Shown one piece after another: positions 19,166 to 28,584 of a DNA stretch of 64,000 nt. The translations under genes were made by a program, and so were the position numbers. The notes below the pieces were generated by a model. It saw only the letters and a program-made list of their open reading frames with translations. It was not told the DNA's origin and did no database searches. Source of the DNA: an uncultured Candidatus Peregrinibacteria bacterium (GTDB lineage: Bacteria > Patescibacteriota > Gracilibacteria > UBA1369); assembly GCA_937858825.1 (NCBI GenBank), contig CALMAI010000004.1, positions 3,833 through 67,832 of the forward strand, read 5' to 3'. Within the stretch, counting starts at the first letter, position 1, and every line of letters starts with the position of its first letter.

Positions 19166-20236
19166 TTATTCTATCTCCATGCTTTGGAGGACCTGTTCGT
19201 AAACAGCAGGGTCGAGCTGGGGGTTGGCGGCGACGACGTAGTAGCGAGTGAAGCCGCCTGTGGCGCGGAAGTCGGTGACGATGTGGCGCTGGTTGCGCCA
19301 TGAGGGTTGGTCTGGGAAGTTGGCGACGTTGGCATTTTTTTCTATGTCGTAACGGCGGGCTGTGTATGGGCCGACGGTTGTGTCGGTTGTTTCGTGAATA
19401 GTGACGGTATTGAGGGTCAGGAAGCTGGATGCGTCAAAGTAACGAATGAAAATTTGTGATCGTTCGCGGGCGGTTCCAGATCCTTTTAGTGTATAGAGGT
19501 TCAGTGATTGGATGGATGGAACATATTCCACTTCCCAGCCAGCAGGGATGTTAAAGCTGAGGTTGAAAATGTCTCCGCCAAGTTCGGTGGCTGAACTGTA
19601 TGTTCGGGTTGGGGGAGTGGGATCCATGCCAAACTGGAGAAAAAATTCGTGCGGATTGATCCAGTTTTCTAGCGCTGATGCAGAAGATTCGTAGCCATTC
19701 ACGCGACTATCGGATCCTTCATATAAACCAAAGTGGAGATGTTTGCGTTCGCCATCGGTTTCTGCAGATTCATGGTCACCAAGGTTGGCCAAAAATTGGC
19801 TTTTGGTAACTTGGTCGCCGACTTGGAGATCGCTTGAAGAGAGATCCAGGTGTCCGTAAATGGCAGAAATGGTCATGTCTTGTATTTCGTGTTCGATGCG
19901 AATCATGCCGCCATAGCCACTGGTGTTTTGGGCGTAGGTTACCGTCCCATCGGCAATGGAGTAAACGGGGATTTCTTTGTTGATGCTGGCTTGGTCGGTG
20001 AATTCGACATCTTCGGCAACATGATATCCGGTGAAACGGTCTTGAATGTATTCGCCAAAGTTTTTGACGGTACGGCGAGAAGTGTACTCTTCTACAGGGA
20101 AGCTGACGGTGGTCTCTTCTTCTTTTGGTGTTTGAAGAACAGGCTCTTCTTGGGGTTGGGGGACTTGGGCAGAAGGGTTTTGTTGAGCGCAGCCAGCTAA
20201 GAGAAGGCTCAGAATGATTGTTGCAGCACGTTTCAT
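19166..20236 (-). CDS. M23 family metallopeptidase lipoprotein with an uncharacterised C-terminal domain
   Basis: Start moved to MKRAATIILSLLLAGC (ATG 20236, lipobox). 'GGMIRIEH...YGHL' and 'HLHFGLYEG' are M23 motifs. The C-terminal ~170 aa have no recognised motif. Confidence 0.8.
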   Translation of the reverse strand: MKRAATIILSLLLAGCAQQNPSAQVPQPQEEPVLQTPKEEETTVSFPVEEYTSRRTVKNFGEYIQDRFTGYHVAEDVEFTDQASINKEIPVYSIADGTVTYAQNTSGYGGMIRIEHEIQDMTISAIYGHLDLSSSDLQVGDQVTKSQFLANLGDHESAETDGERKHLHFGLYEGSDSRVNGYESSASALENWINPHEFFLQFGMDPTPPTRTYSSATELGGDIFNLSFNIPAGWEVEYVPSIQSLNLYTLKGSGTARERSQIFIRYFDASSFLTLNTVTIHETTDTTVGPYTARRYDIEKNANVANFPDQPSWRNQRHIVTDFRATGGFTRYYVVAANPQLDPAVYEQVLQSMEIE

Positions 20237-20240
20237 GCCT

Positions 20241-20744
20241 CTATTGTAGCATCTCTTTTCGCATTTTGTAGCGGATCTGGCCTTCGCGGTAGCGGCGTTT
20301 TTCTTCTTCTGTTTCTGGAACGATTTGTGGAACAGTTGTTGGTTTGCCGTTTTTGTCGATAGCGACCATGGTGACATATCCAGAGGCCGTGTGGCGGACT
20401 TTGCCAGTTTTTGGGTTTTCGGCTTCTATCCGGACACCAACCTCCATAGAGGTTTTTCCTACAAAGTTTACGCAGGATTTTAGCGTAAGGAGTTCTCCAA
20501 CATGGACGTGTTCTTTAAAGTCAACGCGGTCGAATGAAGCGGTTACGCAGTATTTTCCGCTGTGGCGTGCTGCGGAAACGTAGGCAATTTGATCCATGAG
20601 TTTAAGGATTGCCCCACCAAAAACGTAACCCAGGAAGTTTTGGTCCTGGGGTGTCATGAGCGCGGTGATCATGGCGTATGAGTTTTTGACCGTTTTGCCT
20701 TTGCTGGATTGTTTTTTGTTTTTCTTTTGTGGCATGGGTGCCAT
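20241..20744 (-). CDS. Acyl-CoA thioesterase (hotdog fold, YciA/BFIT-like)
   Basis: 167 aa. 'TPQDQNFLGYVFGGAILKLMDQIAYVSAARHSGKYCVTASFDRVDF'. The start overlaps the upstream stop (TAATG). Confidence 0.8.
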   Translation of the reverse strand: MAPMPQKKNKKQSSKGKTVKNSYAMITALMTPQDQNFLGYVFGGAILKLMDQIAYVSAARHSGKYCVTASFDRVDFKEHVHVGELLTLKSCVNFVGKTSMEVGVRIEAENPKTGKVRHTASGYVTMVAIDKNGKPTTVPQIVPETEEEKRRYREGQIRYKMRKEMLQ

Positions 20745-22870
20745 TAGTTTGGAATCAGGTCGATAGTGAACAAGATATTGTAGGTTCCGGATGGTTGGTT
20801 GGCAGGAAGATTAAGGTAGAAGTTGAGAGCTTGGCTGATTCGGGCTAGTCGTGCGGAGGTGCTTTCCATGAGGGTGATGGTGTCTGGGATGTCATTGAGG
20901 TCGGCATCAAAATTGGTTCCATCTGTTGTGTATGCACTAATGAGATTATTCAATTCTGTTGAATTGGAAGCAGTACCGTTGGCATTATCGCTGTGAATGG
21001 CTGATGCCTGGTTCATGTTTCCAATGTCTGTTGATCCATCTGCAAATTCGACTCCGGTAGTGTTGTCGCAATTGGCAGGGGATCCGTAGAGGTCAGAGGC
21101 AAGGTCATCACCGTCCGGGCAGGAAGTGACAATATAAAGATTTTCAAGTGGGATCTCGTCGTCGGTTTCATTTACAAAGATAGAGCTTGTTATAGTAACG
21201 TCGAATCCTCCCGAATTGCGGAGATCTGAAATGGTGATGATGTCATCAGCTTCTGACTCAACATCCACAATTCCGGTTGCTGTATTGTCATTACTAAAAC
21301 TGTCTTGTGGTAGAGACGATGAGAACTTGTTTGGGAAGCTGAAGCTATCGGGGATGTCTTCGAAGCTAATTGCTCCTGCAGAAATGGAGAGACTAATACA
21401 TCCTTCACTGACGGTTGGTCCACCGGAGTCATCATTGTCTAAAAGGGTACCGCATAATGTAGGACTTACATCTGAAATGAGTTGGGCGTAAATATCGAAT
21501 GCTGTGTTCAATCCGGCCCAAACAATGGCACCGCTTCCACTGCCGTTGCTCACCATGGTCTGTAAAGTGTCAGGTCCAGGACTTACTGATCCAAGAGTGA
21601 CTCCTGCGTATGAAAGTTCGAGAGATCCATCGTTCAAAAGGTGTTGAATACGAATAGTGTCGTCTTCTTCGGTTGTAAAGGCGATGAAAGCCCCGCCATT
21701 TCCATCTGTAACAATTGGGTCCGCTCCTTCGCTTCCGGCAGTCGGGTATTCGCTGTTGGCGTCTCCATTATCGGAAACTTCAATCGGTCCGCTCCATGAT
21801 CCGTCGAGGGTTCCTGCACTGGTGATGTGGTCTGCCAGAGTTACACAAAATGCTCCATTGCAGTTTGCCCAAGTGGCAATTATTCCGCCACTGCCATCCA
21901 GTTCAATTCCTGGAACTTCGCCTGCGGTGGCATCGAGTGTTGTTCCTGTTCCCCAAAGAAGGGAGCCGCTGTTATCAACTTTTTGAGCTTTAACTTCGCT
22001 GGCGTTGGTGACGTATCCAAGGTATATGTTGCCGCTGCTATCAAATCTTGTGGTGAATATAGCTCCGTTGTTGTTGGTTGTTATTTGGAGTGGACCATCC
22101 CATGGTGATCCGGCAATGGTTCCTGTGGGACTAATTTTTGTTGTGTAGGCATCGAAAACACCACTAATGGCTTTTGAATAGATTGGGAAAATATTCCCAG
22201 AGCTGTCTGCGTACATCCGGACAATGGTTCCTCCTGTTGCTCCTGCTGGATTTGGGAGTGTTACGATTTTGAAGGTATCGGTTGCTCCGGTGTTCCAGGT
22301 TGAGTTGAGGGTGCCGCTGCTGTTGAGATGTGTTATGTGAAGTTGGTCGGAGGCTGATCGGAATCCAAGGTATGCCCCATCGCTGCCATCATGAAGGAGG
22401 ATTGGGAAATCTCCTGTTTGATATGCGGCATCAGCAGTGATGTTGGTTGGCCTCCATGTGATGCTTCCAGATGAACTTACTTTTGAAACATAAATTTCAT
22501 TGCTGGAGTCTTTCCATGTAATCATCCCACCACCAGCGCTATCTGCAACTAACCCTCCGTATACATCTGATCCTGCCGCAGCGGTTATTTCTGTGTCGCT
22601 GACCCAGAGAGTTGATCCATTACTGGAACTGATTTTTTGCATGTAGATGTCCTGGTCTCCGTTTCGGAAATCGTGCCATGCCACAAGATAGTTGCCGTCT
22701 GAAGCAAGTACGATGTGTGGGTAGATCTGGCTGCTGGCCGCGCTGGTTACTACACGATCACTTGGTGTTGAGGTGTCTGGCCATGCTCCTTGAGTTGTTG
22801 CGAGTGCTATTTGTACCAACAGACTTGCAAGGATGGTAGCAGTGCTGACATTTTTAAGTGTTTGTTTCAT
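20744..22870 (-). CDS. Secreted/anchored repeat protein (about 8 beta-propeller-like repeats) with WxL-like C-terminal domain, paralog 2
   Basis: 708 aa. N-terminal signal/anchor, 'WPDT', repeats of the form 'SDGNYLVAWHDFRNGDQDIYMQKISSSNGSTLW'. C-terminus: 'ISFEDIPDSFSFPNKF...ISDLRNSGGFDVTITS...PSGTYNILFTIDLIPN'. Confidence 0.75.
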   Translation of the reverse strand: MKQTLKNVSTATILASLLVQIALATTQGAWPDTSTPSDRVVTSAASSQIYPHIVLASDGNYLVAWHDFRNGDQDIYMQKISSSNGSTLWVSDTEITAAAGSDVYGGLVADSAGGGMITWKDSSNEIYVSKVSSSGSITWRPTNITADAAYQTGDFPILLHDGSDGAYLGFRSASDQLHITHLNSSGTLNSTWNTGATDTFKIVTLPNPAGATGGTIVRMYADSSGNIFPIYSKAISGVFDAYTTKISPTGTIAGSPWDGPLQITTNNNGAIFTTRFDSSGNIYLGYVTNASEVKAQKVDNSGSLLWGTGTTLDATAGEVPGIELDGSGGIIATWANCNGAFCVTLADHITSAGTLDGSWSGPIEVSDNGDANSEYPTAGSEGADPIVTDGNGGAFIAFTTEEDDTIRIQHLLNDGSLELSYAGVTLGSVSPGPDTLQTMVSNGSGSGAIVWAGLNTAFDIYAQLISDVSPTLCGTLLDNDDSGGPTVSEGCISLSISAGAISFEDIPDSFSFPNKFSSSLPQDSFSNDNTATGIVDVESEADDIITISDLRNSGGFDVTITSSIFVNETDDEIPLENLYIVTSCPDGDDLASDLYGSPANCDNTTGVEFADGSTDIGNMNQASAIHSDNANGTASNSTELNNLISAYTTDGTNFDADLNDIPDTITLMESTSARLARISQALNFYLNLPANQPSGTYNILFTIDLIPN

Positions 22871-22880
22871 TTATTCAAAA

Positions 22881-25010
22881 TTAGATCGTGCTGTCGGCCA
22901 AGGTATATGTAAGAACCAGTGAGTAGCTTCCTGCTGTCTGTGTTGGATCGATGTGAAGATAGAAGTTTGATAAAGCTGACATTGCACCCACGCGACCCGA
23001 TCCGAAAGAGAGCGTTCCATCCATGAGAACAATTGGGCCTCCTCCAAACTGTGAACTTGGAGCCAGGCCGGTGTAAGTACTTGTGTCGGTGAGGTCAGTG
23101 CTGTCGACATCAACATAGAGTGGAGCTGAAACGGTTTGATCTCCGGCGAATCCGGCGCTGTAGGTAACTCCTCCAACGTTTCCTGGATCTGTTTCGTCCA
23201 GGCTGGTAACTATATAAAGATTGGTCAAAGGGATTGTGTATGTTTGTGTTTCTTCCTCAAATATTCCGTCTGGATCAACGGTTACGGTGAATCCTCCAGA
23301 GTTTCGATCGTCGTATACTTGAAGGATATCATCTGCTCCTGGTGGATTGGATCCGCCAGGGTTGTCATTACTGAATAGATCCTGGGAACTTCCTCCGATT
23401 ATAGTTCCAAAGTTGAAAGAGTCCGGGATGTCTTGAAATGTGAGAGTTGATGCAGATATGGTTTGTGTTCCACAGAATGCCTGCGATCCGACTGTGCTAC
23501 AAGGATTGCTAAGACTATCGAAATATTGCATGTAAAGATCGAAAATGCCCCCTCCGGTTTCTTCATCCTGGTAGATCACGACGACACCGGTTGAGCCATC
23601 TGATATCATTTTTGGCTCGACTCCCTTAATTCCAGCGCCGGTTGCAAGGTTTGTTCCTTCTCCGCTGAATTCAACGGAACCATCGCTCCCCAAGTGTTGA
23701 AGTTTTGCGATTGGATATGATTCGCCACCTTCGTAAGATCCGTAGAGAACATACGCGCCGCCACTGCCGTCGGAAAGTACGGGGTTAAAGTCGCGGGATT
23801 GTGTAATGAACCATGAAGTGGTTGCATCTTGAGCGGAAACTGCAACTGGAGCTGATGCCCAGTTCCCTGAACTGTCGAGGCTTCCGGCAGAAACAACGTG
23901 ATGACCATAGATTTCATTGTCTGATCCTCCAGTCTGCCAGGCGACGAGAATACCTCCAGCTCCATCGTAGGCAATGCGTGGTTGTCCACTGAATGAACTG
24001 ACATCTGTAGATGTTATGGTTACGCCACTTCCCCATTGGAGTGTTCCAGCGCTATTGATTTTTTGGGCCTGAATGTTGTTGGGAGAACCGAAGGTTCCTG
24101 CAAGGAAGGCAGTATAGATATTCCCACTTCCATCAGAAATGATGTGCCGTCCAAGGTTTCCGTTTGAATCAGCATCAATAAGGATCGGAGTGTCCCATGG
24201 TGAGGCTGCCTGATTTCCACTGGAATCATATTTTGTTATAGCATAGTAGAATGATGGTATTTGGCTTTCATAAGCAACTACTATGTTTCCCAGGCCATCA
24301 AGTACCAGTTGGGCTGAGTGTTCGCTGGAGCCACCTCCTTGCGTTTCTGGCAGGAAGATAGCGCGCCATGTCCCGCGATCTGCGGTGTTCCAGTTTGTGT
24401 CAACAGATCCGCTGTTGTCGATCCGGGTGAGATAAAGGTCGGTGCTCTGAAAAATGTTAAGGCCTGGCCCGCCTGTTCCCCATACGATGTAGTAACCGCC
24501 AGTGCCGTCTGCTACAGCATGGTTAAAAACTTCACATTCCGTTCCGCCAATGGTTGGGGTAACAGTGCTTCCTGAAAGGGTTCCGCTTGTGTCGACTTTT
24601 TGCACATAGATTTCACAATCCCCACCTCCAAGATCAAGATTCCAGAAAATGTAAACGCCACCGCTGTTATCCGGGAGGATTGAAAGGGTGTATTCATCGG
24701 TTCCGCCGGTATTGGTCACCTGGGTATTGCTAACCCAGAGGGTTGAACCATCGGTGGAGGAGAACTTTTGTGTATAGATATCACCTTGTCCACCTGTGTA
24801 GTCTGTCCAGGCAACGACATAGTTGCCGTCACTTGTTTTAGTGGCGAAGGCGCTATCCTGGCTAACCGATGGGGTAGCAGAAATAGTGATATCGTCTGGA
24901 GAACCAGTATCTGGCCATTGTTTTGAAGTTGCCGCGAGTACAACCTGAACGGTGAGGCTCGCAATCATAGTGGCCACTAATACTTTTTTGGCTATTTTTT
25001 TCACAGGCAA
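22881..25010 (-). CDS. Secreted/anchored repeat protein with WxL-like C-terminal domain, paralog 1
   Basis: 709 aa with the same architecture as 20744..22870: 'WPDT', 'SDGNYVVAWTDYTGGQGDIYTQKFSSTDGSTLW', 'FQDIPDSFNFGTIIGG...YDDRNSGGFTVTVD...AGSYSLVLTYTLADSTI'. Confidence 0.75.
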   Translation of the reverse strand: MPVKKIAKKVLVATMIASLTVQVVLAATSKQWPDTGSPDDITISATPSVSQDSAFATKTSDGNYVVAWTDYTGGQGDIYTQKFSSTDGSTLWVSNTQVTNTGGTDEYTLSILPDNSGGVYIFWNLDLGGGDCEIYVQKVDTSGTLSGSTVTPTIGGTECEVFNHAVADGTGGYYIVWGTGGPGLNIFQSTDLYLTRIDNSGSVDTNWNTADRGTWRAIFLPETQGGGSSEHSAQLVLDGLGNIVVAYESQIPSFYYAITKYDSSGNQAASPWDTPILIDADSNGNLGRHIISDGSGNIYTAFLAGTFGSPNNIQAQKINSAGTLQWGSGVTITSTDVSSFSGQPRIAYDGAGGILVAWQTGGSDNEIYGHHVVSAGSLDSSGNWASAPVAVSAQDATTSWFITQSRDFNPVLSDGSGGAYVLYGSYEGGESYPIAKLQHLGSDGSVEFSGEGTNLATGAGIKGVEPKMISDGSTGVVVIYQDEETGGGIFDLYMQYFDSLSNPCSTVGSQAFCGTQTISASTLTFQDIPDSFNFGTIIGGSSQDLFSNDNPGGSNPPGADDILQVYDDRNSGGFTVTVDPDGIFEEETQTYTIPLTNLYIVTSLDETDPGNVGGVTYSAGFAGDQTVSAPLYVDVDSTDLTDTSTYTGLAPSSQFGGGPIVLMDGTLSFGSGRVGAMSALSNFYLHIDPTQTAGSYSLVLTYTLADSTI

Positions 25011-25076
25011 TTTGTGCTTTTAGTTCTTTGTATTATACCATAAAAATGGCGTTTCTGTAAGGTTTTTGGACTCTTT

Positions 25077-26477
25077 TTAGGTAGCACTTTGCTGTTCTGG
25101 TTCCTGGTCGACAATGGATGATCCCATATTGAGCATAACGTCTTCAAATTCTGACATCCCAGAGAGGTGGAAGAGTCGTCCTGTTGATTCGCCAGTGTAA
25201 TAGACATTTGTTTTGGATCCTTCTTCTACAACAATCAGAGATTTTCCATTCATTTCAACAATGGTTCCTTCCGGTTCCTGTCCTGTTCCGATCAAGAGGG
25301 TGATGACTGCAGGCTCTTCATCTGCCAGACCAGGTCCAAATTCGTATGGACGCATCCCGTTTTCATCGGTTGGAAGTCCCTGGTAGTACCAGGCTTCCGG
25401 GTATTCAATGCTAAATTTGAAGCTTTCACTTGCAAAGACGGCATAGCCGTCGATTTCTGCGAGGATCTCTTCTGGTGTTTGTTCCTCTGTTGATGAGTCT
25501 GGACCATTGGTAGTGGATCCTGAAAGAAGGTTAAGGAGGATGGTTCGATAGATGTTTTCGCTGACTTCGGCGCGGGTGATGGATTCTCCAACACCATAAG
25601 TTGTGCCGGTTACATCCAAAAGGCCTTTATCTTTTGCCGATTTTACAAATGGAGCGTACCACGCGCTGTTGTCGACATCGTCGAAGAGATGATCGTTTAC
25701 GGCACCAGGGATGTTGAGCCCTTGTGAGTTGATAACCATTTTAAGGGCTTCAACTTTGTTTACTTCGTTGGCTGGTTTGAACTCCCCATCCGGGTAGCCC
25801 TGAATCCAGTTTTTGTCTTTTGCATAACAAACATAGACAGCAAACCATTGTTCGTTTACGTCCGGGAAACAGTTGTTGTATTTGTCTGGATCTGGAGTTG
25901 GGCCGTGTGCTTCGGTCAGGATTTTCATGAGCTCCGCGCGATTGATGCTGTTCCCTGGCTTGAAGGTTCCATCCATATAACCAGAAACGACACCGGTGTC
26001 GATGAGGTATTGAATGGCCTGCTCATTGAGTGTTCCTTCTATATCGCTGAGTGGTTCTTTGTGAAGGGTGATGTGGTCGAGAACCCATTGTGCTGTTTCA
26101 TCAAATGTTTCCGGATTGGTGCTGTATCCAAGAGCGTAACCGTCGCTTACGCCAAGGAGTTCAGGTTTTTCGCCCTGGTATTGAGAAAGATCGATCCAGT
26201 CCTGCGTTTCATGACGACTAACGGTAATGGTATCAGTTTCTCCTGGAAGCCCCAATTGAACCGCCTGTGCTGTCCCGTATTCTTCAAAATCCAGATTGTC
26301 TACAGTGACAATGTAGTTGTCCCACTCTGTTGGGAAAATTGCTGAAAATCCGAGTTCCGAATGGTAAATGTTGTTATCTAAAATCTCATCGGCCGTGAGG
26401 GCGAAGGATGTTGGGATAGCTGCGAGAAGGGAAAAAGTCATACTCACAAGCGTGAGTTTTGATATTTTGTTTTTCAT
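25077..26477 (-). CDS. Secreted protein with three S-layer homology (SLH) domains
   Basis: Signal peptide, then three SLH-like units: 'AIQYLIDTGVVSGYMDGTFKPGNSINRAELMKIL', 'FPDVNEQWFAVYVCYAKDKNWIQGYPDGEFKPANEVNKVEALKMV' and 'FDDVDNSAWYAPFVKSAKDKGLL...ITRAEVSENI'. Confidence 0.8.
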   Translation of the reverse strand: MKNKISKLTLVSMTFSLLAAIPTSFALTADEILDNNIYHSELGFSAIFPTEWDNYIVTVDNLDFEEYGTAQAVQLGLPGETDTITVSRHETQDWIDLSQYQGEKPELLGVSDGYALGYSTNPETFDETAQWVLDHITLHKEPLSDIEGTLNEQAIQYLIDTGVVSGYMDGTFKPGNSINRAELMKILTEAHGPTPDPDKYNNCFPDVNEQWFAVYVCYAKDKNWIQGYPDGEFKPANEVNKVEALKMVINSQGLNIPGAVNDHLFDDVDNSAWYAPFVKSAKDKGLLDVTGTTYGVGESITRAEVSENIYRTILLNLLSGSTTNGPDSSTEEQTPEEILAEIDGYAVFASESFKFSIEYPEAWYYQGLPTDENGMRPYEFGPGLADEEPAVITLLIGTGQEPEGTIVEMNGKSLIVVEEGSKTNVYYTGESTGRLFHLSGMSEFEDVMLNMGSSIVDQEPEQQSAT

Positions 26478-26514
26478 GGGGCGGTTTTAAGATTGTTTGT
26501 ATTGTACAACAAAA

Positions 26515-26552
26515 CTCCGTGAATGAATAGCATTCACGGAGAAGTTTTTTTT
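26515..26552. terminator. Bidirectional hairpin terminator between 26577..27389 and the SLH gene
   Basis: Perfect 11-bp stem CTCCGTGAATG (26515-25) / CATTCACGGAG (26531-41). A T-run follows on the plus strand and TTTTGTTGT follows on the minus strand. Confidence 0.65.
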
Positions 26553-26576
26553 GTTCGAAGTGTTGAGTTATTCAGG

Positions 26577-27389
26577 TTAGCGGCCCAGGTTATTCATGTC
26601 CCGGGTGATATTGCAGTCCTGGTCAAATTCGAGCCAGACACCAAGGGTGCTGATCTGGAATCGATATCCATCTTCATCATAGGTGATATTGGCTGCAGCT
26701 TCGGATGAAACTCCTGTTTCGATAGCTTTTTGCCAGATGTCGGCAAAGCTGCATGATGGGGCATCGACGAACTCTCCTGGCGCGCGAGCTGTAGGGCTGC
26801 CTATAGAACGAATGAATCCTTTGTTGGTTACCCAGTAATCAAGATTTACGCTTCCTCCGCGACTGGTGATGTGTCTTGTTTCCCCTGGATTGAGAGCTTC
26901 GACTTTGATTTGTTGGTAATATTCATCAACTCCTGTTGGCGGTGCGTTCTCTGGTGGTGGAACAGTTTTTATGAAGGTATAGGTTGTTCGGGCAGGTGGT
27001 TCATAATCGGCCGCGAAATTTTGAGTTCCATCAACACTAACAAAGTAAGAATCGATTTCTGAAAGCTGGGCTCCTTCTCCGGCATATGCCTGAGCTTCCG
27101 GGAGCATGGCAAGAATGTCGAACGCTGCCGGATCTCCGGAAAATTCGGTTGTTTGTTGTATTCGGTCTGCTTCATCTCCCAGGAATTGTTGGGCGAGATC
27201 CATTCCAAAATTGTCGATGTTATCCACGAATAAGAAGACTACTGCCACTGTTATAATCATGATCACAATCGGCACTATGAGGGCGAGTTTAATAATGTTG
27301 GCTATGGTCTTTTGAGCGTTGCCGCCTATGTTTTGGACGGGTTGCCCGGCCATGCCGGTCATTTTTTTGAGTTCGTCTTCGTATTTCAT
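26577..27389 (-). CDS. Hypothetical single-pass membrane protein
   Basis: 270 aa. N-terminal TM (IIKLALIVPIVIMIITVAVVFLFV) and an extracytoplasmic domain with no recognised motif. Confidence 0.65.
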   Translation of the reverse strand: MKYEDELKKMTGMAGQPVQNIGGNAQKTIANIIKLALIVPIVIMIITVAVVFLFVDNIDNFGMDLAQQFLGDEADRIQQTTEFSGDPAAFDILAMLPEAQAYAGEGAQLSEIDSYFVSVDGTQNFAADYEPPARTTYTFIKTVPPPENAPPTGVDEYYQQIKVEALNPGETRHITSRGGSVNLDYWVTNKGFIRSIGSPTARAPGEFVDAPSCSFADIWQKAIETGVSSEAAANITYDEDGYRFQISTLGVWLEFDQDCNITRDMNNLGR

Positions 27390-27433
27390 AGGAAGGTATT
27401 ATAATAAAGATAGTTATATTTTAATCGAATCAT

Positions 27434-27925
27434 ATGGCTGAAGACCAAGATTTGCAAATGGCGACGTTTGCAGCAGGATGTTTTTGGGGTGTTGAAGAAA
27501 TTTTTCGTTGTACGAAAGGAGTGGTGGAAACGGAGGTTGGATATACGGGAGGGAAAACTGAAAATCCAAGCTATGAACAGGTTTGTACGGATGGAACCGG
27601 TCATGCTGAAGCGGTGCAGATGAAGTTCGATCCGACTATTGTTTCTTATAAAGAACTTTTGGATATCTTTTTTAAGAATCATAATCCGACAACTATGAAT
27701 CGGCAGGGGCCGGATATTGGATCGCAGTATCGGTCGGTGATTTTTTATCATTCGGAGGAACAGAAAAAAGAGGCGGAGGAGTTTGTGGCAGAACTGCAGG
27801 CATCACCAAAGTATGAGGGGAAGAAAATTGTGACGCAGATTGTGCCGGCTGCGCCGTGGTACAAGGCGGAAGAGTATCATCAGAAGTATGTGATGAAGAA
27901 GGGTGGAGGGAGTTGTCATGTTTAA
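27434..27925 (+). CDS. msrA: Peptide-methionine (S)-S-oxide reductase MsrA
   Basis: 'ATFAAGCFWGVEE', 'GYTGG...NPSYEQVCTDGTGHAEAVQ' and 'QGPDIGSQYRS' are canonical MsrA motifs. Confidence 0.93.
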   Translation: MAEDQDLQMATFAAGCFWGVEEIFRCTKGVVETEVGYTGGKTENPSYEQVCTDGTGHAEAVQMKFDPTIVSYKELLDIFFKNHNPTTMNRQGPDIGSQYRSVIFYHSEEQKKEAEEFVAELQASPKYEGKKIVTQIVPAAPWYKAEEYHQKYVMKKGGGSCHV

Positions 27926-27981
27926 AAATTTGGAATTTTTGGTTGAAAGATTTTTGTAGGAGTTCGTGTATTATAAGTGAC

Positions 27982-28584
27982 ATGTTCAAAGATCACCTGC
28001 AAAAAAAAGATGCTGAACTGGTGGCGGAGGCGCTGAAGGATGCTGATGCGTTTGGGCCAATCGTTGAGCGATATGAAGAGAAGCTGTTACGGTATGTCCG
28101 GCGGTTTACCGGTCTTTCCAGGCAGTGCTGCGAAGATGTCGTGCAGGAGGTTTTTTTGAAAATTTATCGGAACCTGAATGGATTTAATCCTGAAATGCAG
28201 TTTTCCAGTTGGGCGTATCGGATTGCGCATAATGAGGCGATTAATTATTTGAGGAAGAATAAGCAAAATGTGCTGCCGCTGGAGACGGATGATGATGAAA
28301 TGGGTGATCTATTGGATGTATTGCATGCGGACGTTGATATTGCTTCCGATACATCCAAGAAGGAGTTACGAGGGGCGGTGCAGGAAGTGTTGTATGCGAT
28401 GCCGGTGAAGTATAGAGAGGTTTTGGTTTTAAGGTATTTGGAGGATCTGGATTATACGAGTATGGGGGATGTGTTGAAAAAGTCGGTGGGGACAGTTGGA
28501 ACACTTTTGAATCGGGCGAAAGAGAATTTTAAGCGTACTGCTCAGAAAAAAAATTATTCTTTTTTTCAATTTTCGAATGAGTGA
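27982..28584 (+). CDS. ECF-type RNA polymerase sigma-70 factor (second copy)
   Basis: Start moved to ATG 27982 (MFKDHLQKKDAELV...). Region 2 'CCEDVVQEVFLKIYRNLNGFN...FSSWAYRIAHNEAINYLRK', region 4 'LDYTSMGDVLKKSVGTVGTLLNRAKENF'. Confidence 0.88.
   Translation: MFKDHLQKKDAELVAEALKDADAFGPIVERYEEKLLRYVRRFTGLSRQCCEDVVQEVFLKIYRNLNGFNPEMQFSSWAYRIAHNEAINYLRKNKQNVLPLETDDDEMGDLLDVLHADVDIASDTSKKELRGAVQEVLYAMPVKYREVLVLRYLEDLDYTSMGDVLKKSVGTVGTLLNRAKENFKRTAQKKNYSFFQFSNE

Noticed and set aside
20744-25010. A recent duplication or repeat-mediated assembly artefact producing the two ~709-aa genes.
   Set aside because: The two copies share architecture and motifs but are clearly diverged at both the protein and DNA level, with no long identical nucleotide stretches seen. 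They are old paralogs rather than a collapsed or duplicated assembly.
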